DNA of 58,908 bases, filler included, from Sphacelaria rigidula (Eukaryota), in the NCBI GenBank assembly GCA_964200075.2. It is 6 parts of 6 records of this genome, joined end to end, with 100 filler letters (N's around TTAATTAATTAA, not from the genome) between each part and the next. Parts side by side here need not be neighbours in the genome. Positions count along the whole stretch, not along the records: positions 39,341 to 49,074 come from CAXNAA020007875.1; positions 49,175 to 58,908 come from CAXNAA020007876.1; 4 more parts are not named here. One strand, given 5' to 3'. Below are positions 47,779-58,908 of this stretch, piece by piece. The number at the start of each line of letters is the position of its first letter. Position 1 is the stretch's first letter. Under the pieces are notes generated by a model. That model was not told the DNA's origin, ran no database searches, and saw only the letters and a program-made list of their open reading frames with translations. The position numbers were made by a program, and so were the translations under genes.

Positions 47779-49001
47779 GTACTCGAAGTGCATACCGTAG
47801 GTTCTATTGCGCTGTCTCTGTTCCCGTCTCTGCCACTGTCTGTCATTAGCCCCCCTCTGCCGCTGTTTGTCTCGCCATTTGTAGACAGCCTACACTACTC
47901 CCCACCTCTGTCTTCAGTCTGATAAGTATTGTTCTGCCTCGGGTTTTGCTCGATTTATGGTGACAACGCCGCAGAGAGTTTGATTTATGTGGTAAAGAGG
48001 TCTGAGTGAGTATGTCGTCGATGTACATATTTGTATAGACACGATATGTTCTTGGTAGCACGGAGCTTGTTTTTATAGTGTAGAATCCAACCTACGAAAT
48101 GCTTTATACTAGTACTGGGTGATCTACGGTACTGTATACATGGCGCTCTGCACTTAAAGGCTTGATCGTCCACCGCGCCCTGGTGGGTGAGCCTTACGGG
48201 TAGGTACATAGCCAGCTTGCGCCAATGTCGTGCGTTCGAGTCCCCACACGTGCAGTCATTCAACTGTTTTCAGTTGTCCGATGCCGTGAGGACGTGAACG
48301 AGCAATCGACACAAGGCGATCGGAGGAAGTCGACGGGCTGCGGAGGGGCTGATCTCATGTTTGATAATAGAATTTACTGCCAGGAAAGCAAACTAATACT
48401 GTAGCCGAGGAGAGATGGATCAATCCCTCGAGAGTACAGCATGGAATTGTCCCTGGGCAGGGACGGGGGGGGGAGTGTACTCACGATCTTGCACGCCACA
48501 GTCATGAGACCATAAGCCCATAAGCCCGTATGACCATAAGACCGTTGACCTCGCATCCCTGCAAAGCCGGCACGGAGTACGCCGGGTTTCGCCGGACCAG
48601 GCTCGCGATCGATCACCAAGCGCCTAGCGCCGTGATGTGTTCGGCGAGTCGCGTGAGGGGTGACCGGCATCCTGCTGAGATTGTTCGGCTGGGAGCGTAC
48701 TTTGTTATTCATTGTCACCTCACACATGGATGCCAACCTCGAATGATTATTTTATGTTCTGGTATCGCCACGTCTAGACAGTCATGGGTTACACTGGCTC
48801 ATGGGTGTCTCACGGTGAAAACACTATCATACGTAGTACGATCATCCCTCTTGCGCGGAGTTGAGGATCTAACTCGACCGCCATCGTGATTACCACAACA
48901 AAATACAAACAAAAAAAATGGTAACCTGGTTGCCTAGCTAACGCAGTGAGTGGCGTGTTATACAGCGTAGGAGGCAATCGACGCCAACCCTCAGAGGGCG
49001 C

Positions 49002-49074
49002 GGGGGGGGGGCGTACTCATTTGTTGCTTGCCTTAGTCGTTCGACCATTGACCACGCATCCCTTTCGAGACGGA
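49002..49074 (-). mobile_element. LINE 3' end with C10 tail; the contig breaks inside it
   Basis: Reverse complement tccgtctcgaaagggatgcgtggtcaatggtcgaacgactaaggcaagcaacaaatgagtacg plus C10. Confidence 0.9.
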
Positions 49075-49174
49075 NNNNNNNNNNNNNNNNNNNNNNNNNN
49101 NNNNNNNNNNNNNNNNNNTTAATTAATTAANNNNNNNNNNNNNNNNNNNNNNNNNNNNNNNNNNNNNNNNNNNN
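49075..49174. other. Artificial contig linker
   Basis: Same structure. Confidence 0.98.
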
Positions 49175-49413
49175 CAAGATGACTGCGCTGCATATGTACT
49201 ATCCACCCTCAACTCAGCGGGACCAACGGTTTATACAGCATGACTGCTTGCGCGTCATAAGGAGTCGACTCGTATGAATTCTGATTTGTCCTAAGCGTGC
49301 AATGTTCAACTTTTGTATTCCGTGTTGCTCTTCTTCGATTCAACGTTTTTAGTCCTGTATATTTACCGCCTGCCTTTCCTCCCTTACCGCATCGCCTTCG
49401 GTAAAACGTTCAG

Positions 49414-52400
49414 CTCCAAGACAGGAGTCGCAAAGGTGTACAACATATCTCAAAACGACGTGATCGACACGGTTCTCTTGGGCGAGACATGTAGCGGCGT
49501 CCGAGACATGGCTTGGTTACCTTCACAGGTTAGGTAGACAGCAAATTTCGTGCTGTGAAATACTTTTGGCGTCATATGGTTAGGCATACGAAGTATGCAT
49601 GAGAAGGTACGACGAACGCTGGCGTTCACGATCGTGCTTCTGCAGGGTGTACCCGACAGCTCGAGAGAATGGACTGGCTTGTGATGAAGGCAACAGCCAT
49701 GTAGTGTGTACGGCATGTCTCCATGTTGCCACGCGTTATCGCTCTGTCCGATGTGAAGATCAGCTTGAAGCTCTGAAACCAAGCTAGGTTACGCTCGAGC
49801 ACGTGCACAACAACTTCCCGCGCGTTCACAATTGCAGATCTCCTCAGAGTTCAATATTCGATCGAGCAGTTTGTACGGAAGACCCGCCGCTCTTTCCCCT
49901 ACAGGCAGACGTGGTAATGGCTCACAACATTTCGTTACCACTGCCCAGTAGGTCACAGAGGATGGCACCGACAGCTCCGCGGCCGGCAGAGGACCGATGG
50001 CAATATGCGGATTTCGTGACGGCTCGCTGACAGTGGTCAACGCAGAATTCAGGGGCGGTAAAAACGGCGTCGATCGCCGCAGCAGCAGCCGAGGATCGAC
50101 CAGGGGCCCAGAGGGGTCGATACCGTGGGCTTCGAAAGCGGGGCATATCGAAACCGTGTTCTGCTGCGCGCATAAGCCTGGAGATGCGGATACGCTCGTG
50201 ACGGGAAGCTATGGAGCAAGCGCAAAAGTGTGGCATACACCCACGATGGACCTCAAGGTGCAGTAGGCCGATGTTACACCGAACGGTATCGCTATTGCGA
50301 ATGTGGCGCAAGGGGTACAGATGTCGTTCTACATTTACGAGTGCTTGATGTCTTTGACCGTCGAACGCGAACTCCACGGGGACGCCGTGTGGTGCATCAG
50401 ATTTGACAGGATGGTTACCCTCCACCGAAAATTGTAGATGCACTTTGAATATTCTGCATCGCTTCAGGTAGCTGGAAGTGTAAGTTCGTTGTACAGTAAC
50501 AAAACCGACCACTAACCTGCAATCTCAGCAGTCATCTCGATGACCTGTTATGAATGTTTGTACAAAGCCATCACTTGGATGCTTTCATTACTACCGGACC
50601 GCTCGGGGGAAATTCCCTGTACCCACGTCAACTGCCAGTGTTCGTTCCAGGCGCTTCAGGACCCATCCATACGCGAAGACTATTCCATGCAACTATCAAA
50701 CTCCGGTCTGAATCGTGTGACTAAGACCTGTTGAAGCCATCTGTAATCGTTTTTTCGGATGATTCGTCGGAAGCGCTTGGAGTCACTTGAGAAATCGATT
50801 ACTCGTAAGACGCAGCCCTGTGGTCTAATAAGAAAAGGTGATGGCTAGTCCTACTAGTCATGAACACGCGCGATAACTCGTGGGACTTGAGTCAGAGTCG
50901 TCCTCATTCAGCCGAATGATTCGTAATGCTTGAGCAAGGCCCGTCCTCATTTTTCAGAATGGTTCATTTGACTTGAGTTCTATACGTCCTCATCTCTCCT
51001 CGATGACTCGTGGCACGTGAGTCAGATTCGCCCTCAGACACTGTCTACGATACCCCCCCCCCGCCAAAAAAAAAGTGGCTGCTTTGGGGAAGCACAATCT
51101 ACACGTAAATCGAAATGAAAAGGCCGAGCACAACGAGCAGCTGAGGATTCCCGCGCTTGGGTTCTCGCCAATGTCGCCCATGTGAGGCGCTTCATGCAGC
51201 CTGAAACCAAACATCAGGCGTTTTATGACCATTTTCTTCGTGGCAGGTTTGGGCTGATTTCGGGGGCGGGGGCTATCGTAGAAAGACCCCCCATTCGTTC
51301 TGAATGATTTGCTAAACTCAAGTCACTCTTGTCTTTTCCTTCTCCGAATGACTCGTGAGACTCGAGTCAGACTCGTCCGCTTTTCCGAACGACTCGTGGG
51401 AATCAATTCCGACGAGTCGTTCAAAGAGTTGATGATTTGTACGACTTGAGTCCTTATTTGCCTGAATAACTCGTGAGCCGCGAGCCGCCACGAGCCATGG
51501 CCCTTTGATTCGTGAAAATTTTCTGTGACCCTCACCAGAGACATAGTCGCTTTTGCGAGCTTTTTCTCCGTGATTGGCGTAAATCTACGAGCACGCTTTT
51601 TTGTCATGTTTGATGTTGCGTAGGACTACAAATGGTCGGTGGCCTTCAGTCTTGAATTCGTAATCCCCTTAAATCGCATACAACCCCCCACCTGTTGCCC
51701 GCGCATCGTGACCTTTCGACACCAACGCCACAGGTGACCCTCACAGGTCAGACCGGTGCAATCTATAGCGTAGCATGGAGCTTAGGCGGCGATAGGATAG
51801 CCTCTTCTTCAGGAGAGGGTACTGTGTGGATCTGGGACGCAGAATCAGGAAAAGCAGAGCGGCGGCTCCCCCTTCACTCTCAGGCGTCGTACCGAGTACA
51901 ATGGGACCCCTTCCACCCTACACGCCTTGCGTCCGTGGGAGCGGACAGGAAGTCAGTATCGCACGGAACAATCCCGCATTTTTCTCACTAATCTTCTATA
52001 TTTTAGGCTACATTTAGTGCACAAACGCCAGCAGGTCGTCCCAGTTCGCCGCGAGCTATGTGTTCGTCTGAGGGTCGTGTCTTTGAGGTGCATAGTGTAC
52101 GTACGGAGTAAAAAGCTCACCGCCATCGCCGACTGCCTGATTTTCCGTGTGCACACACTACTCAAGTCATGCAGGTGGGTCTGTGTTTCTTGCTGCATTG
52201 TAGATTCGCGTAGAGGAGACAGCAGGCGAGGTTACGTCGCCGTCGGCAGCCAGGCCATTCTGCATCGGAAGTGCTTGAATATACCTATCACTGTCGCCAT
52301 CGTTGTCACCGATCGCGTCTATATCATGCCCCCCGGAAAATGCTCGTGAAAATGTCGAAAAAAATAGTTTGGTCATCTTCGCGGACAGTGGTGTTGTGGA

Positions 52401-55400
52401 GAGGACACTGGTGCACCCGGCAGCTCTGTTTGGATGTCACTGGTGCCCCAGCTGTACGGACGTGATTGCGACCGCCTGTCAAGACGGGAACGTTCGAGTG
52501 TTTGACGTCTCATACCACGCGAGGATGGAGCCGCAGTACATTTTATCAGGCCACAGTAAGCGAGTTTTCACCGTCTGCTGGTGAGCTGGCGAAAACGAAA
52601 CTCTAACGACTGCTAGAAATGAAGCCAGGTTTACTTTCGAATCGTCAGCTCTTGCTGCCGCTATCATTGTAGGTGAAGGAGACCGCCCACACTGATTGAG
52701 TGGTTTGCAGGAGTTCGTACATCGGTGCTTAGGTTGTACACGATTCCCTGAAACCTGGGGTACCGCGATAGCACACACTACAGAAGCTGTAGCGTGCGAG
52801 ACATTTCTTTGCCTGCACTCATTAGCGCCTCGTACGGCAAGAATTATCGCCTTTCATGGCCCATTTTTGAACCCGATGACTTGACCACGATGGCGTATCC
52901 TAACCCAGGATCGGAGAGTCATATCTACTATCGATCGTGGATGGCTGTATTTTCTAAGGACCGGTGCTCGGACACTGAGATTTGAACACAGTTTCGCGGA
53001 GACCTCTGCGTTGCACGGAACGTTAAACAACCTCCTCACGGTGCATGCGTATCTAGACCTAAAATTCGCAGCTGCTGAATGAAGATGACATCGCCATGAG
53101 CTCGAGCGTGAAAGTATCGAGATGCGGAAAAGAGTCGTTGCTCCAGGACAGCAATCGGTACACTGCGGTTGTCTCCAATGCGATCTAGCTGACCTGCCGT
53201 GTCAAAAATGGCCTTCTTCGATGTTATCGACTTCACCGATGAAGGCTCGTCTGATCCGCACCTGATCTTTATCTCCCCGACTGCCATCTACGTGTGCCGT
53301 TGTTGCCAGGTCTCCTCTTTTGCACGCTACGCTTGCGAGCGGATCAGACGACACCACCATTATGGTGTGGCGCATTGGGCCGGGATCTTTACCAAGATCA
53401 AGCCCACCTGGCCGAACTCAGGTCGTTTCCCCGTCAGCAGTACTGCGAGGTCACACCAGCAACGTTCGCCCCTTACATTGGAATACCGAGGTGTGATGCG
53501 TGTGCTTTTGGCAAGGAAAAAACGGAATGGTATTCGGCTTGTTAGATTGACCCCGATCTGCAAAGAATGCTGGTGATACGGTCATTGCTGTACTCTCCAA
53601 AGCATTGCATTAGCATTCCGCCCCTCGAGGCACCTTTGAGGATATCAGAACACATCCTTGCTCCTATCTTTTCCCCCTCGTGTCCCGCCCCCACGACTTG
53701 TCGTTGCATGGGCCCAGCTTCCCTGGCTGCTCTTATCGGGATCATGGGACGGAACAATCCGCGCGTGGGACATCCGTCGTGCTGGAGTGGATGAAGTGGA
53801 TCATCAACTGCCCAAAGGAAACAAAGACGACGGTGACAGTACCCCGCGTAAAGTTGTGGGTGAAGACGCGTGCATTGGTGTGATGAGAGACCATGTGGCA
53901 GATGTGTACGGCCTTTCGGCTCAAGAAAGTCGTCCTTTCCTCTACGTGTCCGCTTCGAGAGACACAACGCTGCGGCAATTTACGTTGGAGGGCGTGGTGT
54001 CAAGCCTAAGGACGCGATCAGTTATCTCCAACAGTTTGACCGGTTGCCTGGGGAAAATAAAGGAATCTATGCGCCCGGGTTGCTCGTCTTCCCTTTGCGG
54101 TCAGGCCTCAAAGGCGTTGCAGGCTAAGCTTCACGGTTTTCGCCGAGAAGGCCGGCCGCCGGCGGAAGCCTCTCGTAGACTCTTCGAGTTTTTCTGGGGC
54201 CCTGATGGGGTAGACGATTTGTGGGACGTCCTGCGGTGGGTTCTCGCGGCTACAGCGAACAATCCAGACAAGAACGCCATCGCTTGCGGCGGTATCACCA
54301 GCAGCGGAAGCGACAGCTTGTTTGAGGGAAAGCAAAATCGGCATGATCGACATCGTTCCTGTGACTACGAGGAAGTCGGCGCCGACCATCATGTCCGCAC
54401 CGAGCGCTGTCACGAAAAGGGAAGTGCGAACTCGAACAGCAGCATACCGGCAACGAAGACATTGTTGCGAGAGATTCCGAAAGGGCTCATGTGGGTAGAG
54501 GAACGAGTGCTTCATCGTCATGCAAGGCGGGCGTCGGCGCGGGCGTTGGGAAGCTTGTTGAGTCAGTGCTCAGCGTTCCTGTTCCAGGATAGAAGCTTAG
54601 GAAGGCTCGATCGTCTGGAGCGTGCTGCACGACAGTACGTGGCCGCAGGTTTGTGTAGTCGAAGTATGCTGGAGGAGACTCATGACTTTCATGAAACCGC
54701 TGTCGGTTTACACGTAGCCCAGAGTTTGACCGTTAGATTGCGGTGTTACTGTGAGTAAGTCGGGTGGTGAGAAGCGGTCGCTCTTTGGCGAAGCCTTGCT
54801 GAAGCTTTGTCTAAACGAACCTCCTGACCGGTTTTGGCCTCAGGTGATCTCCGCAGTTCGTGCGAAACACTGGTCAAGCTTGGTAGATGGGAGCAGGCAC
54901 TGGCTATCGCCCCCGGGGCCGGTTTTGAGTTCTGGAGAGGCCTTGCCGAGAGGTATGCCGAGTTCTTGATATCGGCGGGGAGCGGGTCCGTGGGGTACGG
55001 CCCTGACACCCGAGGTGGCGGTAGCAATATGACCTATGGTGCAATCGATTCGGGACCAACAGCTGTTTCGCTGCTGGTGGCAACCGGGAGGCCCTTGGAG
55101 GCTCTTGACGTCCTTTCAGGATCCGATGAAGCGTTTACCCTCGCTGTGTCCGTGGCAGAGGGCGCCTACCCCCCTTCCAATACTCCCGAGGGGTTAAATT
55201 CAACGCCAACGGGGGGAACGACCACCCCACGAATAACATCGCTCAGCGCACATACGTGTGCGGGGAGAAAAGGAATTGGGGGTAGCCAAGGAACAGGCCA
55301 GGATCCGGGGCGGTTGAGGGGAGAAGCGAAGCTGCTGGAGCTGCTGGACGAGCACGTTGCAGCTAAACCAGTACCAAATGCAGCGGAGTCCGGGGCACGG

Positions 55401-56420
55401 AGCAATGACTCGAGGCAAGGAAGTCACCGCGGTGAGAGTCATGAGGAAGAGAGTAAGGCCTCCTCAAAGCAAGAAGACGACCACAACTCGTCTAACTTTG
55501 CAACGAGTGGTCACTCAACAGGAAGATTCAACCAAGAGGCACACCGTACCCAGCGTGAGCTCGCCGACGGTGCCCTACGGAAGATGACCGAAGTTAGGGC
55601 AGGGGCATATTTTCACGCCTCGCAGTCTGCGCTAGCCGCAGCCACCCTCCTGTCCCTATGCGACGGTTCCCGTGCAGCGGCAGTACCTGCGTTGTCTCTC
55701 CTCGTCCGAGGTGAAGAGCCCGAGCTGGCGTACGCAGCAGCGAGAGCACTACGCTTTCCCACGAACGAACTCAAGTGCCTACTTCATGAGATGGCGCGGA
55801 GGGCCGAAGCCTGGGGAGATCCAGAGCTAGCAATGGAGCTACTACAAGATGCCGACGGAGAAGACATATCTGAAAACGAAGATTTGCACAGCGACGTCGC
55901 CGTAAATTCGCACCAATGTCAGAAGGATTTGGTCGACGGCAGCATCGAGTATGGATACTGGCATCCTAGACAATACGGGACGGCGGGAGCGGCGATGGGG
56001 TCTCTTGGTGTGGCGTTTGTGGCTTTGCGAGCGGGAGCGTTGACGGAACGATCGACCAATGTTTCTTCCTTCCGCTGTAGAAGTGGGCACCCGAGCAACC
56101 CTATCGTGGCGCTTCGAAGCGAAGCTTCGTACCTGGAGGATGCAGAGGGTGCCTTGCGCCGAGGGAAAGACGTAGAAGCGGTGCAATCGCTAGTGTTGGG
56201 CGGGAGACTGGATCGCGCGGCCAAGCACGCCGTTTCATTTTTAAGAGACACACTGACGATGAAGGCACCTACTCTCTCCTCGTCGTCGTCGCCAAAGTCG
56301 TCGTCTCCTTGGCACTGGCTATCGCGGCAATCGTTGAACGCGGCTCTGGCTGTGATACGTGCACTCGGTAGTGGTCCTTCATTGGCGAATGCTCGAATCC
56401 CACCGCGTCTCCGCAAAGAG
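49414..56420 (+). CDS. WDR17: WDR17-like WD40-repeat protein, internal portion. Exons: 49414-49528, 49952-50257, 51734-51951, 52368-52580, 53310-53490, 53718-54648, 54844-56420
   Basis: Phase-consistent GT-AG exons giving GHIETVFCCAHKP..., IYSVAWS, HPAALFGCHW, SGHSKRVFTVCWSPL..TLASGSDD, GHTSNVRPLHWNTELPWLLLSGSWDGTIRAWD, DHVADVYGL...RPF..SASRD and CETLVKLGRWEQALAIAPG. This is collinear with the WDR17 sequence as I recall it. Confidence 0.88.
51037..51289. mobile_element. 'GACAC' MITE with a degraded right end, nested in a GACTC/GAGTC-rich repeat (~50700-51540)
   Basis: ctca|gacactgtctacgataccccc ... gggggctatcgtagaaag(accc)|ccca. The host motif gagtcgtcctcattc (~50897) is split at CTCA. Confidence 0.8.
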
Positions 56421-56675
56421 GTGAGTAGTGTCGGTGATGGAAGAGAGAACGGGAGGAGGCTCTTGTTGCATTGCTGAGATGTCCACATATGAGGGAGAAG
56501 ATAGTTGTAACTCTCGCCGACCACGGCGAATGGCATTGCCAGTACTGTATGTACTAACCTGCATTTCATACAACCTACAGCGCCTATATAGAGAATCAGC
56601 TAAATTAATGTCTTGTCTGCAACGCCATGGGATAGGGGCATTGTCTTGCCACACGATTGCGGGAGTCTTGCGTTC

Positions 56676-58247
56676 TCGTACAACCTCCATCAGAGATATA
56701 GCCACCCCCCTGGGATATCCATCTGGGATATAAACATTCATCTGCGATATAGACGTCCACCTGGGATGTCCATGTGGGACATTCATCTGGGATGTCGATC
56801 TGGGATTTGGGATGCCTACGTGGGATGCCTACGTGGGATGCCGACGTGGGATGTCGGATCCGCCTGGGATATGAATATCCATCTGGGATGTCCACCTGGG
56901 TTATCTCTGTGGGCCACTCATCTTGGACATAGTTTCCCATCTGGGATGTCCACGTGGGTTATCTCTGTGAGCCACTCATCTTGGACATAGTTTCCCATCT
57001 GGGATACAGATATCCACTGGGATATCTGTCTGGGGTGTCTATTCGGGACGTCCATCTGGGATGTCGGATTCCATGTGGGACGCCCATGTGGAATGTTGGA
57101 TCCATCTGAGTTTTCGGTTCATCCAGGGAAGCTCATCTCCGTGCGGGCGATCCCAGATGGGTGTGTATCTCGAATCAATATGCGAGATGAATGACCCAAA
57201 CGGATGTCCCAGAAGGATTGTTCGAGGAGGATACCCCAGCTGGATGTCTCGGATGAAACTCCTCGATTGGTGCCCCAGATGGGGACCCCAGGTGGACATC
57301 CACGATGGACGTCCCAGATGGACGTCCCAGATGGATGTCCCCGCAGATGACTACCCCAGATGGATAACCTAGAGAAGAATCCCGGATGCATAACCCAAAT
57401 GGATGTTTCAGGTGAAAATCGCTCGTGGGTGTCCCGCGTCGGCGTGGATATCCCAGATACATATCCACATCCTAGATTGGTTTGATATTCCAGATGGATA
57501 TTCCGAATAAATTTTTCAGATGGATATTCCAGATGGATCCCACACTCCTGACAGATGGTATCCCAGATGGACATACGCATCCTACTTAGATAATCCGGAT
57601 AGACGTGATAACCTTGATGAGTACGAGCTGGGCCAGCTGACAGTGATTTGTGAATGTAACCGGACCGGGCGGTGGGTAATCCGGAGCGTTGGGCGCTAAG
57701 ATTTTGACACAACATTTTTATCATGACTACGCACAACCTTCCGGATGCCAAGGAAAAACAAACAGAAAGTTACTGGTAGGGCGATTTACAATTTCTGCCA
57801 AGAAAGAACTTGAAGAGTGCTATAACTCCGTGAAAATAAAGAAATACGGAGGCATCCCTAGTGTAGTTGTGCGTCCTTGTGTGGAGGAGATCCTGGTACA
57901 ATTTCGGCCAACAATTCCAGAAATTTGGCGCAGAATCCAACTTTTCGTGTGGCAGGGCTGCGCTCCTTTAATCCAAGCGATGCAGTTGACTCCAGTTATG
58001 GAGGTCACGAGTTCAAATCCCGACGTTTTTTTTTTCCGTCGGTTAGGTATTACATTAAACTTTTTTTTCATCCAGCGGCGGTCCCGTGCGTTACCACGTT
58101 GATCTGCAGGTCACACCGATACACTCAAGTCGGATTGATTTGGTAAACTTGATAAGTTATTATAGTGTGACATGCAAATGCGGGATTTATAGCTGGCCCA
58201 GCTCGTATCCATCTGGAATATCCACATCCCAGATGGAGGTTGCACGA
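56676..58247. mobile_element. Foldback-type element: CATCTGGGAT(G/A)TC arrays in opposite orientations bounded by 16-bp TIRs
   Basis: tcgtacaacctccatc (56676-56691) versus gatggaggttgcacga (58232-58247). The left half has catctgggat units; from ~57150 the units read atcccagatgg. Confidence 0.8.
57624..58205. mobile_element. Tc1/mariner-like MITE (perfect 15-bp TIRs, TA TSD) nested in the foldback element
   Basis: ta|cgagctgggccagct ... agctggcccagctcg|ta. A related terminus occurs at 17532-17545. Confidence 0.88.
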
Positions 58248-58829
58248 TCATGCGCGTTACAATGCTTGCTGGTCTCCGCGTCGTGCAAAGTGCATCAGAC
58301 ATGTTCCCAGCGAGAAACGGGCTTGGAGTACGAAAAATTCCGTCATGATCACTGAATGGTCTGGCGTTTACTAACTAGCCTCTGACCTGGAAGGTCAAAT
58401 ACTCACTGTCCGTAGAAGTCCAATTTTCTTTCAACGGACACGTGTGACCTTTTTGCTTCTCTTGTTTTGCCTCATTTCTAATCCCTCCCCTTCCTTGTAA
58501 CGAGTCTGTGGTGTCGAGGAACCAACCCACCTTTCCACCGGTACACGTACATGCCTTACATTTTGGTATCGCGGATTAGATCATGACTAATAGCACTCCC
58601 GCTCCGCATCGACTGTCGTCTAACAAACCCAGTCGAACAGACTCCTTCGCTGCTGTGCTCACGTATATCCTCACGTTCTCAACAATGGAAATTACATACT
58701 CCTGAGAAAAAACGAACGAGATACATCTAGCTAGAATCAAACCCGAGTTTCTCTCACCGAATGATGTCAGGTGTAGCATGAGACCACCGGGGTGTGGCAG
58801 CAAAATCTACTCCCCTTCATTTAGATACC

Positions 58830-58836
58830 TCCAACC

Positions 58837-58870
<34 letters not shown>

Positions 58871-58908
58871 ACCCTCCCCCCCCTCCCCCTCCACACCCAC
58901 CACCTCCC
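58830..58908. repeat. Poly(C)/C-rich low-complexity contig end
   Basis: Run of more than 30 C. Confidence 0.9.

Noticed and set aside
47622-56420. CH-domain exon fused to the WD40 gene
   Set aside because: Separated by the linker at 49075-49174; the contigs are ordered by length, not position.
56690-57600. CRISPR array or W/D-rich protein ORFs
   Set aside because: Short degenerate repeats with irregular spacing; the ORFs are translations of the repeat.

Overview
Eukaryotic, intron-rich, TE-laden DNA that looks like a brown alga (Phaeophyceae). The clues are GT-AG multi-exon genes, heterokont-type bipartite plastid presequences and a nuclear red-type Rubisco activase; the taxon is my inference. 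The window is not one locus. It is six contigs of 9736, 9735, 9735, 9734, 9734 and 9734 bp in decreasing length order, joined by artificial 100-nt N44-TTAATTAATTAA-N44 linkers, so neighbourhood across linkers carries no information. Contig 1: a complete 9-exon nuclear cbbX gene (424 aa, plastid-targeted). Contig 2: first exon of a plastid-targeted isocitrate lyase/PEP mutase-family gene, a Copia gag relic and MITEs. Contig 3: a multi-exon Fringe-like GT31 glycosyltransferase. Contig 4: a decayed Ty3/Gypsy element plus an unidentified decayed minus-strand ORF. Contig 5: LINE, SINE and hAT-like debris and a fimbrin-type CH-domain exon. Contig 6: an internal part of a WDR17-like WD40 gene and nested foldback/MITE elements. 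Best candidate for novelty: the Gypsy pol carries a ~300-codon C5 cytosine-methyltransferase-like domain between RNase H and integrase, with motifs in canonical order but the catalytic residues missing. Its integrase also ends in tandem chromo-like and Tudor-like modules. Second candidate: a LINE family whose 3' ends finish in a C-run rather than poly(A), with one copy showing a 14-bp TSD that begins CCCC.
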